64,000 bases of DNA from an uncultured Acidobacteriota bacterium (lineage in GTDB: Bacteria > Acidobacteriota > Thermoanaerobaculia > Multivoradales > UBA5704), in NCBI GenBank assembly GCA_963770895.1, contig CAVYRF010000001.1, positions 1,504,001-1,568,000 on the forward strand, given 5' to 3'. The stretch's first letter is position 1, and each line of letters opens with the position of its first letter. The notes under the pieces were generated by a model, which was not told the origin of the DNA, did not search any database, and saw only the letters and a program-made list of their open reading frames with translations. The translations under genes and the position numbers were made by a program. This document shows positions 40,201 to 46,089 of this stretch, piece after piece.

Positions 40201-41788
40201 CTCGCTGGTCAACCAGTACGGAGCGAGCGAGACGACCATGACTTCGACCTGGTACGCGGCCACTGCGGACGACGAGGCCCGGCCGGCGCTGCCGGTGGGC
40301 CGGCCGGCCGCGTCCTCGCGGGTCTACCTGCTGGACCGGAGGCTCCGCCCCGTGCCGCTGGGCGCAGCCGGGGAGATCTGCTGCGGAGGTCCCGGCCTGA
40401 CGTATGGGTACCTTGGGCAACCGGACCGCACGGCCGAGGCCTTCATCCCCGATCCCTGGAGCGCCGTGGGCGAGCGGCTCTACCGGTCGGGAGACCGCGG
40501 CCGGTACCGTCCCGATGGCGTCCTGGAGCTGCTCGGACGCATCGATTTCCAGGTGAAGATCCGCGGTCAGCGCGTCGAGCCCGGGGAGGTCGAGGCCGTG
40601 CTGCGCAGCCATCCGGCCGTGCGGCAGGCGGTTGTGGAGGCCCGCGGAGAAGAGCAGCCACGCCTGGCGGCCTGGCTGGTGGCGCAGGGCGTGAGCGCCA
40701 ATGACCTCCGCGCTTTCCTGGCGGAGCGTCTCCCCGCTTCCATGATTCCTGCCGACTGGGTCTTCCTCGACGCCCTGCCGCTCACGCCACACAACAAGGT
40801 CGACCGCTCGCGCCTGCCGGAGCCCAGCCGCGAGCGCGCGGTGGCCGTCCAGGAGCCCCGCGACCGGACCGAGCTGCGGCTCGTCCGCCTGTGGGAAGAG
40901 GTCCTGGGCATCCAGCCGGTCGGGATCTCCGACAACTTCTTCACCCTCGGAGGTCACTCCCTGTCCGCCGTCCGCCTGATGGCCGGCATCCGTCGCCTCT
41001 TCGGCCGGGACCTCCCCCTCTCCGTGCTCTTCCGGAAGCCCACGGTCGAGGAGCTCGCCGACACCCTGCGGCAGGGCGGCCAGGATCTCCCTTGGTCCCC
41101 CCTGGTGGCGCTGACGCCGGGGCCCGCGGGCGAGATGCCTTGGCTCTTCATCCACGGCGGAGACGGGCACGCCCTCACCTTTGCCGATCTGGCCCGTACC
41201 TTGAGCGCGGCTGGTGAAGACCGGCCGGTCGTCGCCTTGGAGGCCCGCGGTCTCGCCGACGGGCAGACGCCGCTGGAGAGCATCGAAGACTTGGCGGAGG
41301 TCTACCTCAGCGCAATCCGGAAGGCCTGGCCAAGGGGCCCCTACCGGCTGCTGGGGTACTCCATGGGGGGCAAGGTCGCCTTCGAAATGGCCCGCCGGCT
41401 GGAGCAGGAGGGCGAAACCGTGGAGCCGCTGATCCTCCTGGACATTCCCGCCCTCCCGCGCCCCGAGTCGGTTCCGGATCTCGAGGTCCCCGAGGAGGTC
41501 CGCGCTCTGCCGGGCTTCGATCCCGAGCTGGCGGACCGCTACCTCGCCGTCTGGAGGGCGCACCTGAAAGCCTCCCATTCCTGGACGCCGGCGCCCTTCG
41601 GGGGCAAGGTCCGCCTCCTCGTGGCGGAGGGGGGAACCTATGCCGGGAACCCGGATCCGGCCCTCGGCTGGGGAGCCGTGGCCGGGGGAGGGGTCGAGGT
41701 CGCCTCAACCCCGGGAGATCACTTCAGCCTGCTCCGGCCGCCGCACGTCCAGATCCTCGTGGAGCGCTACTTGAAGAGGTGTCTATGA
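28232..41788 (+). CDS. NRPS2: four C-A-T modules plus terminal TE
   Basis: True start is ATG 28232 (ATGA overlap). Four HHIVxDGWS motifs and TE GYSMG; no E domains. Hand-read codes: DAQFIAQVVK (Pro/Pip-like), DALWLGGTFK (Val), DFWHFGQIDK (polar, Gln/Ser-like), DARSLSQMTK (acidic?). Confidence 0.93.
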   Translation: MSVTDRLAALAPEQRALFEKLLEKELKDARTHQTAPPILPVPRDRDLPLSFAQQRLWLIDQIEPGSPAYNIPQVLRLVGELDPGLLQWIFSEIVRRHESLRTTFISREDGPVQVIASPEPLALSLLDLSHLPAKERESQARDLALAAARRPFDLQRGPLLRLLLVRLVERHHILLLTMHHIVADGWSMGILVREIMALYTAFTEGRPSTLPKLPVQYADFAVWQASWLQGEVLASEISFWKRQLAGMPPLLELPTDRPRPAVQTFRGVTRPFHLEPGSSDAVRELCRREEATPFMALLASWAVLLGRHAGQDDVVVGAPVAGRNRREIEGLIGFFVNTLVLRSDLSGNPSFRELLQRVRQASLDAFAHPDLPFERIVEEIGVERNLAISPLFQVLFVFQNVPVGNLTVPGLTLSQIDVDAGIAKFDLSLALTDTGVGFSGALEFATDLFDATTVDRLRDHFRTLLASAMSDPQRRLAELPLLAIGELHQILWEWNDAPGWDGSACVHHLIETQARRRPELAAVLTSDGMEISYGELDRLADRLALRLRALGVLPDDRVGVWLDRGWEGVVALLAILKAGGCYLPLDPAYPRERLGFMLSDAAAPVIVTRDGLVEAQPVQGVRLLSLDDFWEGDRPREERRGDLPVVDLDHLSYIVYTSGSTGQPKGVALPHRTLANLIAWQLAASAVPAGRTLQFASPSFDASLQETLATWAAGGTLVLLSADDRRDPEAVLRRLCGARVERLFLPFVALQQIAVAASRAGALPPLREVITAGEQLQVTPEVRAFFSRLPGCVLRNQYGPSETHVVTESSLWTEPCGEVEEWPALPSIGRPIAGTEVHLLDPQGELVPIGAPGEIYLGGQGLARGYLGRADLTAARFLPDPWGSQGDRLYRTGDLARRSRSGEIEFLGRIDHQVKIRGFRVEPGEIEAALAEHPGVRQAVIAVREDLPGGRGLVAFVVPDGEPVPAVAELRQFLRERLPEFMVPGHLTFLDQLPVTPSGKVDRRALSKLRVFPEIPHRADRAEATPAASRSPVEELLAGIFAELLQAERVAPGESFFDLGGHSLLATQLVSRLRLVFGVELPVRAVFEAPTVASLATAVQRARRKGEAARLPPLVRVAREGPLPLSFAQQRLWLVDQLQPGSAAYNIPVALRLAGRLDPRALAAALSEVVWRHEALRTVFELGPAGEPVQRIQPSAPVPLPVIDLRGLSSPAAESMRLARQEASRPFDLTAGPVLRAALVLSGELEQVLLLTVHHIVSDGWSTGVLIQELATLYPVMARGEASPLPELSVQYADFAVWQRRWLTGEVMAAELAYWRERLAGAPQALELPMDRPRPAVQTFRGRTLFLSLPTPLESLHELARRRRATLFMVLLASVQTLLARLAGQSDVSVGTPISGRNHAQTEGLIGFFVNTLVMRSDLADEPAFGALLERVRETALEAYAHQDLPFEKLVEEVAPERNLGRTPLFQVMLVLQNAALAGLELPDLRLEPLPVDSGTAKFDLTLSLGEHRGALAGFAEHNRDLFDATTVRRLLSQLDNLLQSALAAPERNVFDLELMGAAERLQVVQEWSGEDLAYPRERCVHELFAERAALHPEALVVSFRDEAWSYGELDRRSALVAEHLRSLGIGPEVPVGLLTERSLEMVAGVLGILKAGGAYVPLDSSFPAERLEWMLRDTGAPVVLVQERRLGDLPAGPWRAVSLEGLCQGSEMAATPGRSPGASPDNPAYVLYTSGSTGAPKGVVVPHRAVVRLVRGRGDLCIGADEVWLQLAPLAFDASTLEIWGALANGGRLEVLGPDKPTIEELGRTVESTGVTSVWLTAGLFHQVAESDLRPWRGLRRLLAGGDVLSPAHVRRALEELPDCRVINGYGPTENTTFTCCHDLTAPSQLEGPVPIGRPIANTRVHLVDRRGHPVPPGAPGELLTGGDGLARGYHGRPDLTAELFVPDPFAGQPGERLYRTGDLARWRPGGEIEFLGRIDQQVKIRGFRVEPGEIEAALATLPGAREVVVVAREDRSGNQRLVAYVVGDVEADSLRRSLRERLPDYMVPAVFVTLDALPLTANGKVDRRALPAPDGPPAGVGDLAPRTPVEEILAGIWADVLGVGRVGVNDHFFDLGGHSLLATRVMSRMRGAFGVEIPLRSLFEAPTLAHFAARIEAALQARAAELAPPLIPIPRTGPLSLSFGQQRLWFIDQLAPGSPLYNIPAVLRAEGSLDPRVLALTLGEIVRRHEALRTVFAAPEGSPVQVIQPETPFLLHVVDLSGLPESARKPLAHTLAWEEAVHPFDLARGPLLRVLLLRVAEGDHVVVLTMHHIVSDGWSMGILVGELRDLYEAFAQGRPSTLPELPIQYADFAVWQRSWLQGEALEAQLDYWKHQLQGAPTALDLPLDHPRPALQGHRGAKRLVALPGLLSEAIGRLCSQREVTPFMTLLAAWAVLLGRHARQDDVLVGAPIAGRNRREIEGLIGFFVNTLVLRSDLSGTPSFHELLDRVRRTALDAFTHQDLPFERIVEEVVAERNQAISPLFQAVFALQNAPLEDLEIPGLVLSPFDVDMGIVKFDLTLTLRESPAGFVGVLEYNADLFEVSTVDRLLARFEALLAAAVQEPSLPVADLPILLLGERQQMLVEWNDTRIPLFPAGLHELVEAQVDRSADTVAVVAGDESLTYRELDLRADRVGHHLRTLGVGPDVLVGLCAERSPEMVIGMLGILKAGGAYVPIDPDNPPERFAFLLADSGVRVVLTQRHLADRIPAAEVCLVLLDGEVRTAGARGERPRGGALPESLAYVIYTSGSTGRPKGVLVPHAGVVNRLLWAQDAYPVTAADRVLHKASFSFDFSVWECFGPLIAGARLVLARPGEQRDPAQLVRTIREQEITLVHFIPSMLQVFVAEEGVEACTSLRYVFSGGEALPAELAERCLERLPAVLRNQYGPTEISIDTTDWICRPEDSRRGFVPLGLPLANTALYVLDQTLSPMPPGVAGELCVGGAGVTRGYWQRPDLTAEKFVPDPFSGQRSARLYRTGDRALRLLDGNVKFLGRMDHQVKIRGFRIELGEIEATLASHPAVRECVLLVREDTPASRLLVAYVVLEPQAEIQEPGSDLRSFVGERLPGYMVPSAIVALDAFPLSPNGKLDRRALPAPQSTRTSRSKRRRAARPVEESYTAPSNPVEELLAGIWGEVLGIQRVGIHESFFALGGHSLLATQVVSRVRSVLGAELPLRQLFESPTIASLARILQSSGSTVQAPPILPVQRDHDLPLSFAQQRLWLVDQIEPGNLAYNMPLALRLTGGIAPGLLQGIFSEIVRRHEALRTTFASRDGWPVQVIAPTGPVELPVLDLSHLPESEREAQARDLALFEAQRPFDLRGGPLLRLLLVRLAGTDHLLLLTLHHIVSDGWSTGVMLREIAALHEAFSQGRPSPLADLPVQYADFAVWQRSWLQGEVLDAQLAGWKRQLAGAPAVLELPLDRPRPAIQSYRGARRPVVLSSPLSEAVGRLCRQQGVTPFMALLAAWAVLLGRHAGEDDVLVGAPIAGRNRREIEDLIGFFINTLVLRLDLSGAPSLAEFLGRARRTALDAFAGQDLPFERLVEDLAPERSLAYAPLFQVMFVLQNMPVGELAVPGLAISPLNVDAGLAKFDLSLNLFEGPEGVMGTLTYAVDLFDESTVERLIAGFQTLLAAMAAADPAAPLHDLEVLPEAERRQLLEGWSAEETGASDLSLYELFERQAERTPDAVAVIYEEESWTYRDLLRRSREIAGFLREQGVGPEDRVAILDRRSPERLARVLGVLASGAAFVAIDREQPRARRAEVLADVAPVWVFPPQPPLPEEGEGEVEAGVTVLPEVGIGGSHVPCSCQGPAYVVYTSGSTGRPKGIFAHHRGAATYLEWIVRNYGLSESDVALQLAPLTFDASLRDTLAPLAAGGRIVIVPDDVARDPAALLERMAAHGVTCLPSIVPSLLRLLVEEALAAGRKIPSLRLLLASGEKLHGADAAAVRRAFGPRVSLVNQYGASETTMTSTWYAATADDEARPALPVGRPAASSRVYLLDRRLRPVPLGAAGEICCGGPGLTYGYLGQPDRTAEAFIPDPWSAVGERLYRSGDRGRYRPDGVLELLGRIDFQVKIRGQRVEPGEVEAVLRSHPAVRQAVVEARGEEQPRLAAWLVAQGVSANDLRAFLAERLPASMIPADWVFLDALPLTPHNKVDRSRLPEPSRERAVAVQEPRDRTELRLVRLWEEVLGIQPVGISDNFFTLGGHSLSAVRLMAGIRRLFGRDLPLSVLFRKPTVEELADTLRQGGQDLPWSPLVALTPGPAGEMPWLFIHGGDGHALTFADLARTLSAAGEDRPVVALEARGLADGQTPLESIEDLAEVYLSAIRKAWPRGPYRLLGYSMGGKVAFEMARRLEQEGETVEPLILLDIPALPRPESVPDLEVPEEVRALPGFDPELADRYLAVWRAHLKASHSWTPAPFGGKVRLLVAEGGTYAGNPDPALGWGAVAGGGVEVASTPGDHFSLLRPPHVQILVERYLKRCL

Positions 41789-43431
41789 GCCGCAGCCGAA
41801 TGGATTGCCTGAGCATCGGGTACTACGAGCCCGCCTTCGAGGAGCACGAGAGGATCCTCCGCCAGCTTGGAGAGGACTCGGAGGCCTACCGCGACCTGCA
41901 GTTCAGCTTCGTCGACCTGGGCGACCGGAAGCTGACCTACATGGGGCTCCTGAGCTATGCCTACCGCCTGGCCCATGGCCTGGATCCCGCAGGGGAAGAC
42001 GACTTCAAGTCGGGGGACATCCCGAACCTGGCCGCGGTCTACCTGACGCACTTCCTGCGCCTCAAGGGGTTGCGGGCCGAGTACGTCAACCTGTTCTCCT
42101 ACGAGCAGGACCGGCTGCGGAGCTGCCTGGACGAGGACCCGCTCTGCGTGTCCATCACGACCACGTTCTACAGCCTCAACTTCCCGGTCATCGAGATCGT
42201 CAAGGGAATCCGCCGGTACAGCACGCGGACGCGGATCGTGGTCGGCGGCCCCCTGGTGGCGAACCACCACCGTCGCTACCCGCCCGACGAGCTGCTCATC
42301 GCTCTCGACGATATGGGCGCGGACATCTACGTCATCGAGTCACAGGGTGAGCAGACTCTGTGGCGCGTGGTCGAGTGCCTGAAAAATGGCGGCGACCTGT
42401 CCCGGGTGCCGAACATCGTCTACCGCGACGAGGCGACCGGGGAGTTGCGCCTGAACGAGGCCGAGCGGGAGAACAACTCCCTCAACGAGTACGCCATTGA
42501 CTGGCGGCTCTTCCGGGGCGACGCCTTGGGGCCGACGCTGCAGACGCGGACCGCCCGAAGCTGTGCGTTCAGCTGCGCCTTCTGCGGCTACCCGACGAGG
42601 GCGGGAAAGCTCACCCTGGCCAGCCTCGACACCATCGAGCGCGAGCTCGATTCGATGCGGGACATTGGCGGCGTCCAGAACGTGGTCTTCATCGACGACA
42701 CCTTCAACGTGCCCCTGCCGCGGTTCAAGGACATCTGCAGGCTGATGATCCGCAAGGGCTACGGCTTCAACTGGTTCTCCTACTTTCGCTGCAGCAACTC
42801 CGACGAGGAGGCGTTCGAGCTGATGGCCCGCAGCGGGTGCAAGGGAGTGTTCCTCGGTATCGAGTCGGGCTCGCCCCGGATCCTGGAGAACATGGACAAG
42901 CACGCGGCTGCCGACAAGTACCGCGAGGGAATTCGCAGGCTCAAGCAGCACGGGATTCTGACCTTCGGCTCCTTTATCGTCGGCTTTCCCGGTGAGACCG
43001 AGGAGACGATCCGGGAGACCGTGGACTTCATCCGGGAGACCCGGCCGGACTTCTATCGGGCCCAGATCTGGTACTGCGAGCCGGGGACCCCCATTTACTA
43101 CCGAAAGGAGAAGTACGGGATCGAGGGCGAGGGCTACAGGTGGCGGCACTCCACCATGGAGAGCCAGGAAGTGATGGACTACATCGACGACATGTTCCTC
43201 GACATCCGGGAGTCGGAGTGGCTTCCACAATGGTCCTTCGACTTCTGGGTCATCCCGTACCTGCTTGGCAAAGGAATGTCCCTGGAGCAGTTCCGAGGCT
43301 TCGTCCACGAGGCCAACCGGGCGCTGTCGCTGGAGATCGAGTACGTGCCGGACGCGGAGAAACGGCGGCTCCAGCGCGACTGTGTCCAGAAGATGGTTGA
43401 CAACCTTCGCGGGTGGCGCCCGGCCGCCTAG
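41785..43431 (+). CDS. PhpK-like B12-dependent radical SAM methyltransferase
   Basis: 'MDCLSIGY', 'IPNLAAVYL', 'SITTTFY', 'VVGGP', CxxxCxxC motif 'CAFSCAFC', 'FIDDTFNVP', 'GIESG'. ATGA-coupled to NRPS2. Confidence 0.88.
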   Translation: MSRSRMDCLSIGYYEPAFEEHERILRQLGEDSEAYRDLQFSFVDLGDRKLTYMGLLSYAYRLAHGLDPAGEDDFKSGDIPNLAAVYLTHFLRLKGLRAEYVNLFSYEQDRLRSCLDEDPLCVSITTTFYSLNFPVIEIVKGIRRYSTRTRIVVGGPLVANHHRRYPPDELLIALDDMGADIYVIESQGEQTLWRVVECLKNGGDLSRVPNIVYRDEATGELRLNEAERENNSLNEYAIDWRLFRGDALGPTLQTRTARSCAFSCAFCGYPTRAGKLTLASLDTIERELDSMRDIGGVQNVVFIDDTFNVPLPRFKDICRLMIRKGYGFNWFSYFRCSNSDEEAFELMARSGCKGVFLGIESGSPRILENMDKHAAADKYREGIRRLKQHGILTFGSFIVGFPGETEETIRETVDFIRETRPDFYRAQIWYCEPGTPIYYRKEKYGIEGEGYRWRHSTMESQEVMDYIDDMFLDIRESEWLPQWSFDFWVIPYLLGKGMSLEQFRGFVHEANRALSLEIEYVPDAEKRRLQRDCVQKMVDNLRGWRPAA

Positions 43432-43432
43432 T

Positions 43433-43511
43433 CTAGTGGCCTGTATCAGAGGAATCGGTAGTGGCTGGCGCCGCCATTCGGCGGCGCGGCCCTGGTACAG
43501 GCCGCCACTAG
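43433..43511. terminator. Nested inverted repeat between convergent genes (terminator or MITE-like)
   Basis: Inner stem GCGCCGCC-ATTC-GGCGGCGC (43468-43487). Outer arms CTAGTGGCCTGTATCAG and CTGGTACAGGCCGCCACTAG. Confidence 0.6.
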
Positions 43512-43534
43512 TACCGACCGACTCGAGCGGAGCG

Positions 43535-45982
43535 CTACTTGGAGCGGAACAGGGTGGAAGGATCCGCCTTGGTCGCCCAGTAGGCCGGCCTCAGGATCGC
43601 CGGCAGGGAGAACAGCGCGATGATGCAGGGCACGATGAGGAAGACGACGGGATCGTAAGGATCGACGTCGAACAGGATACTCCCCATCGTCTTCGCCAGG
43701 CCGAGAGCGAACGCGAGCCCCGCGACCAGGCCGATGGCGAGCAGCACCGCCCCTTTCCCGGCGAACTGCCGCAGGATGTCGGACGGGTCGGCCCCGATTG
43801 CCATGCGGATGCCGATCTCGAAGCTCTGCTGGCGTACGGTATAGACCAGGATCGAGTAGATCCCGATCACCGCGAGCAGGAGGGCCGACGACGCGAAGAA
43901 GATCAGCAGGAAGGCGTTGAGCCGCATGCCGGCCTCCTCGTTGTGCCTCCGTTCCTGCAAGGTCTGGATGTCGTAGACTGGGATGTCGGGGGCGATCGTC
44001 TGCATCAGGTTGCTCAGCTGGAAGCGGGTCTGGTTACCCTCCCCGCGCGTATGCAGCAGGATCGACGCGGTCCTCGCCCGCATCTGGAGCAGGGGAAAAT
44101 AGACGTCGCGGTGGAAATCGTGATCGAACAGGAGGCGCCCGCGCTGGTCGACATCCTCGACGACGCCGACCACCTCCGCCCAGACGTTCTGCGAGGCCCC
44201 CGAAAAGAACCGCTTGCCGACCGGGTTCTGGGAGGGCCAGAGCGCCTCCGCCGTGGAGCGGCTGAGGATGGCGACCACGGGGTGGCTGGCGTCGTCCTGC
44301 TCGTTGAAATCGCGCCCCTGGATGAGCTTGATGCCCGTCTTCCGCAGTAAGTTGGGCGAGCTCCGGTTGTCATAGACCTTGACCTTGTCCTCCGGCGCTT
44401 CGAGCGACTTCCCTGCCGGGACGATGAACCGGTAGGTATAGCCTTCGCCCAGAATGCCGGGACCCCACAGGCCCGCCTCCTCCACGTCCGGCAGAGTCCG
44501 TGCCTTCTCGAGCACCTGCTTGTACAGCAGGTATACGGGCCCGTCCTCCTTGTACTGCGTTGGAGGCAGCTCGAACCGGGCGCTCAGGACGTGCGCCACC
44601 TGGAACCCGGGGTCGCTCTGGATCAAGGCCCTCAGGCTCTTGATCAGGAGACCCGCTCCGACCAGCAGGATGACGGAGAAGAAAACCGCCGAGACGACCA
44701 GGAAGCTCCGGGTGAAAGCCGTGGCCGCCGACTGGCTGTGCCCCTTGCCCTCGGACTGCAGCTCCTCCTGGAGGTCCACGTTCAGGCTTTTCCGGGCCGG
44801 GATCACGCCGATCAGGACGCTGACCAGGACAGACACGATCACCGCCGCCGCCAGGGCTCGCAGGTCCACCGAGAACTGCATGAAGGCCGGGAGGTTGTAG
44901 GCTTGCCCGCCGAACGTGGAGAGGAGCTTCACCGCGAAGAAGGCCGCGCCGACGCCGAGCAGGGCGCCCGCCAGGCAGAGGAGGGCCCCTTCGAGGACGA
45001 AATGGCGGATCAGGCGCAAGCGGCTGCTTCCCAGGGCTAGCCGCAGGGCCACTTCCTTGCGCCGGTCGACCGCCCGCACCAGGAGCAGGTTGGTGACGTT
45101 GGCGCAACCGACGAACAGAACGAAGACCGCTCCGATGAGCAGGGTCAGGACGGACAGGCGCATGCGCTCGAAGTCGAACTGGAATGTACGCAAGGGATCG
45201 ACGGTGGTCACGAAGCCCTGGTTGGAGCTCGGGAAGGTGTGGGCGAGCTGTTGCGAGATCGCGCGCATGTCCTGCCGGGCCCGCTCCAGGCTGACCCCCG
45301 GCCGCCGGCGCGCGAACACGTCCAGCCAGCGCGCGATCCGGTCCTCGACGTAACCCGGCCGTTGCGTCAGCCTGGAGATGGTCACGGGCACGTAGAGATC
45401 GATGTCGCGATAAATGTCGCGGAAGCCCTCGGGCAGGACACCGATGACCTGAAACGCGAGGCCCTGGAGCTGGATGCTCCGGCCGACGATCGAAGGGTCC
45501 CCGCCGAAGCGGCGTTTCCACAGGCCGTGGCTGATCACGGTCACCGCCTGCGGGCTGGTCCGGTTCTCCTCCTCCGGCTGGATGTTCCGCCCGAGAGCCG
45601 GCCGGACTCCCAGAAGATCCAGATAGGAAGCAGAAACGTAGCCGGCGTTGACCCGCTCGGCACGGTCGCCCCCGGTCAGGTTGAGCTGCTGGCCGTTCGA
45701 GCTCGCGGAGATCAGCTCCAGAGTCTGGCTCTGCTCACGCCAGGAATCGACGTCCATGTAGGAGGCCGGCAGGATCGACCCATCCCCTGCGGCCCGCATC
45801 CTCAGGACGGTCAGGCGGTCTCCCTCCTTGTAGGGGATCTCGCTCAGCAGCACGGAGCTCGCGATGCTGCAGATCGTCGTCGTCGAGCCGATGCCCAGGG
45901 CCAGGATCATGAGGATGGAAAACGAGAGGCCGGGCCTTTTCACCAGGGCTTTGAAAGCTTGTCGAAGATCCGATGCCATCAT
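43535..45982 (-). CDS. ADOP-type duplicated ABC permease (MacB/FtsX domains)
   Basis: 'LALGIG.TT', 'CANVTNLLL.R...R.KEVALRLALG', 'EIGIRMAIGA'. Duplicated periplasmic plus FtsX architecture; no ATPase adjacent. Confidence 0.88.
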   Translation of the reverse strand: MMASDLRQAFKALVKRPGLSFSILMILALGIGSTTTICSIASSVLLSEIPYKEGDRLTVLRMRAAGDGSILPASYMDVDSWREQSQTLELISASSNGQQLNLTGGDRAERVNAGYVSASYLDLLGVRPALGRNIQPEEENRTSPQAVTVISHGLWKRRFGGDPSIVGRSIQLQGLAFQVIGVLPEGFRDIYRDIDLYVPVTISRLTQRPGYVEDRIARWLDVFARRRPGVSLERARQDMRAISQQLAHTFPSSNQGFVTTVDPLRTFQFDFERMRLSVLTLLIGAVFVLFVGCANVTNLLLVRAVDRRKEVALRLALGSSRLRLIRHFVLEGALLCLAGALLGVGAAFFAVKLLSTFGGQAYNLPAFMQFSVDLRALAAAVIVSVLVSVLIGVIPARKSLNVDLQEELQSEGKGHSQSAATAFTRSFLVVSAVFFSVILLVGAGLLIKSLRALIQSDPGFQVAHVLSARFELPPTQYKEDGPVYLLYKQVLEKARTLPDVEEAGLWGPGILGEGYTYRFIVPAGKSLEAPEDKVKVYDNRSSPNLLRKTGIKLIQGRDFNEQDDASHPVVAILSRSTAEALWPSQNPVGKRFFSGASQNVWAEVVGVVEDVDQRGRLLFDHDFHRDVYFPLLQMRARTASILLHTRGEGNQTRFQLSNLMQTIAPDIPVYDIQTLQERRHNEEAGMRLNAFLLIFFASSALLLAVIGIYSILVYTVRQQSFEIGIRMAIGADPSDILRQFAGKGAVLLAIGLVAGLAFALGLAKTMGSILFDVDPYDPVVFLIVPCIIALFSLPAILRPAYWATKADPSTLFRSK

Positions 45983-46089
45983 GATGGTCCCCTGGCTCCA
46001 TACGGCGCAGGGCTGAGAGTATAGAGTATAAGCACCTTCTCAGGGAATGGGCGATGGTGACACAATTCCCCTCCGGAGGAAGAAAACGC

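Noticed and set aside
4934-43431. Phosphinothricin/phosphonate cluster (PhpK-like enzymes plus an Ala module)
   Set aside because: No PEP mutase, decarboxylase or other php genes are visible in the window.
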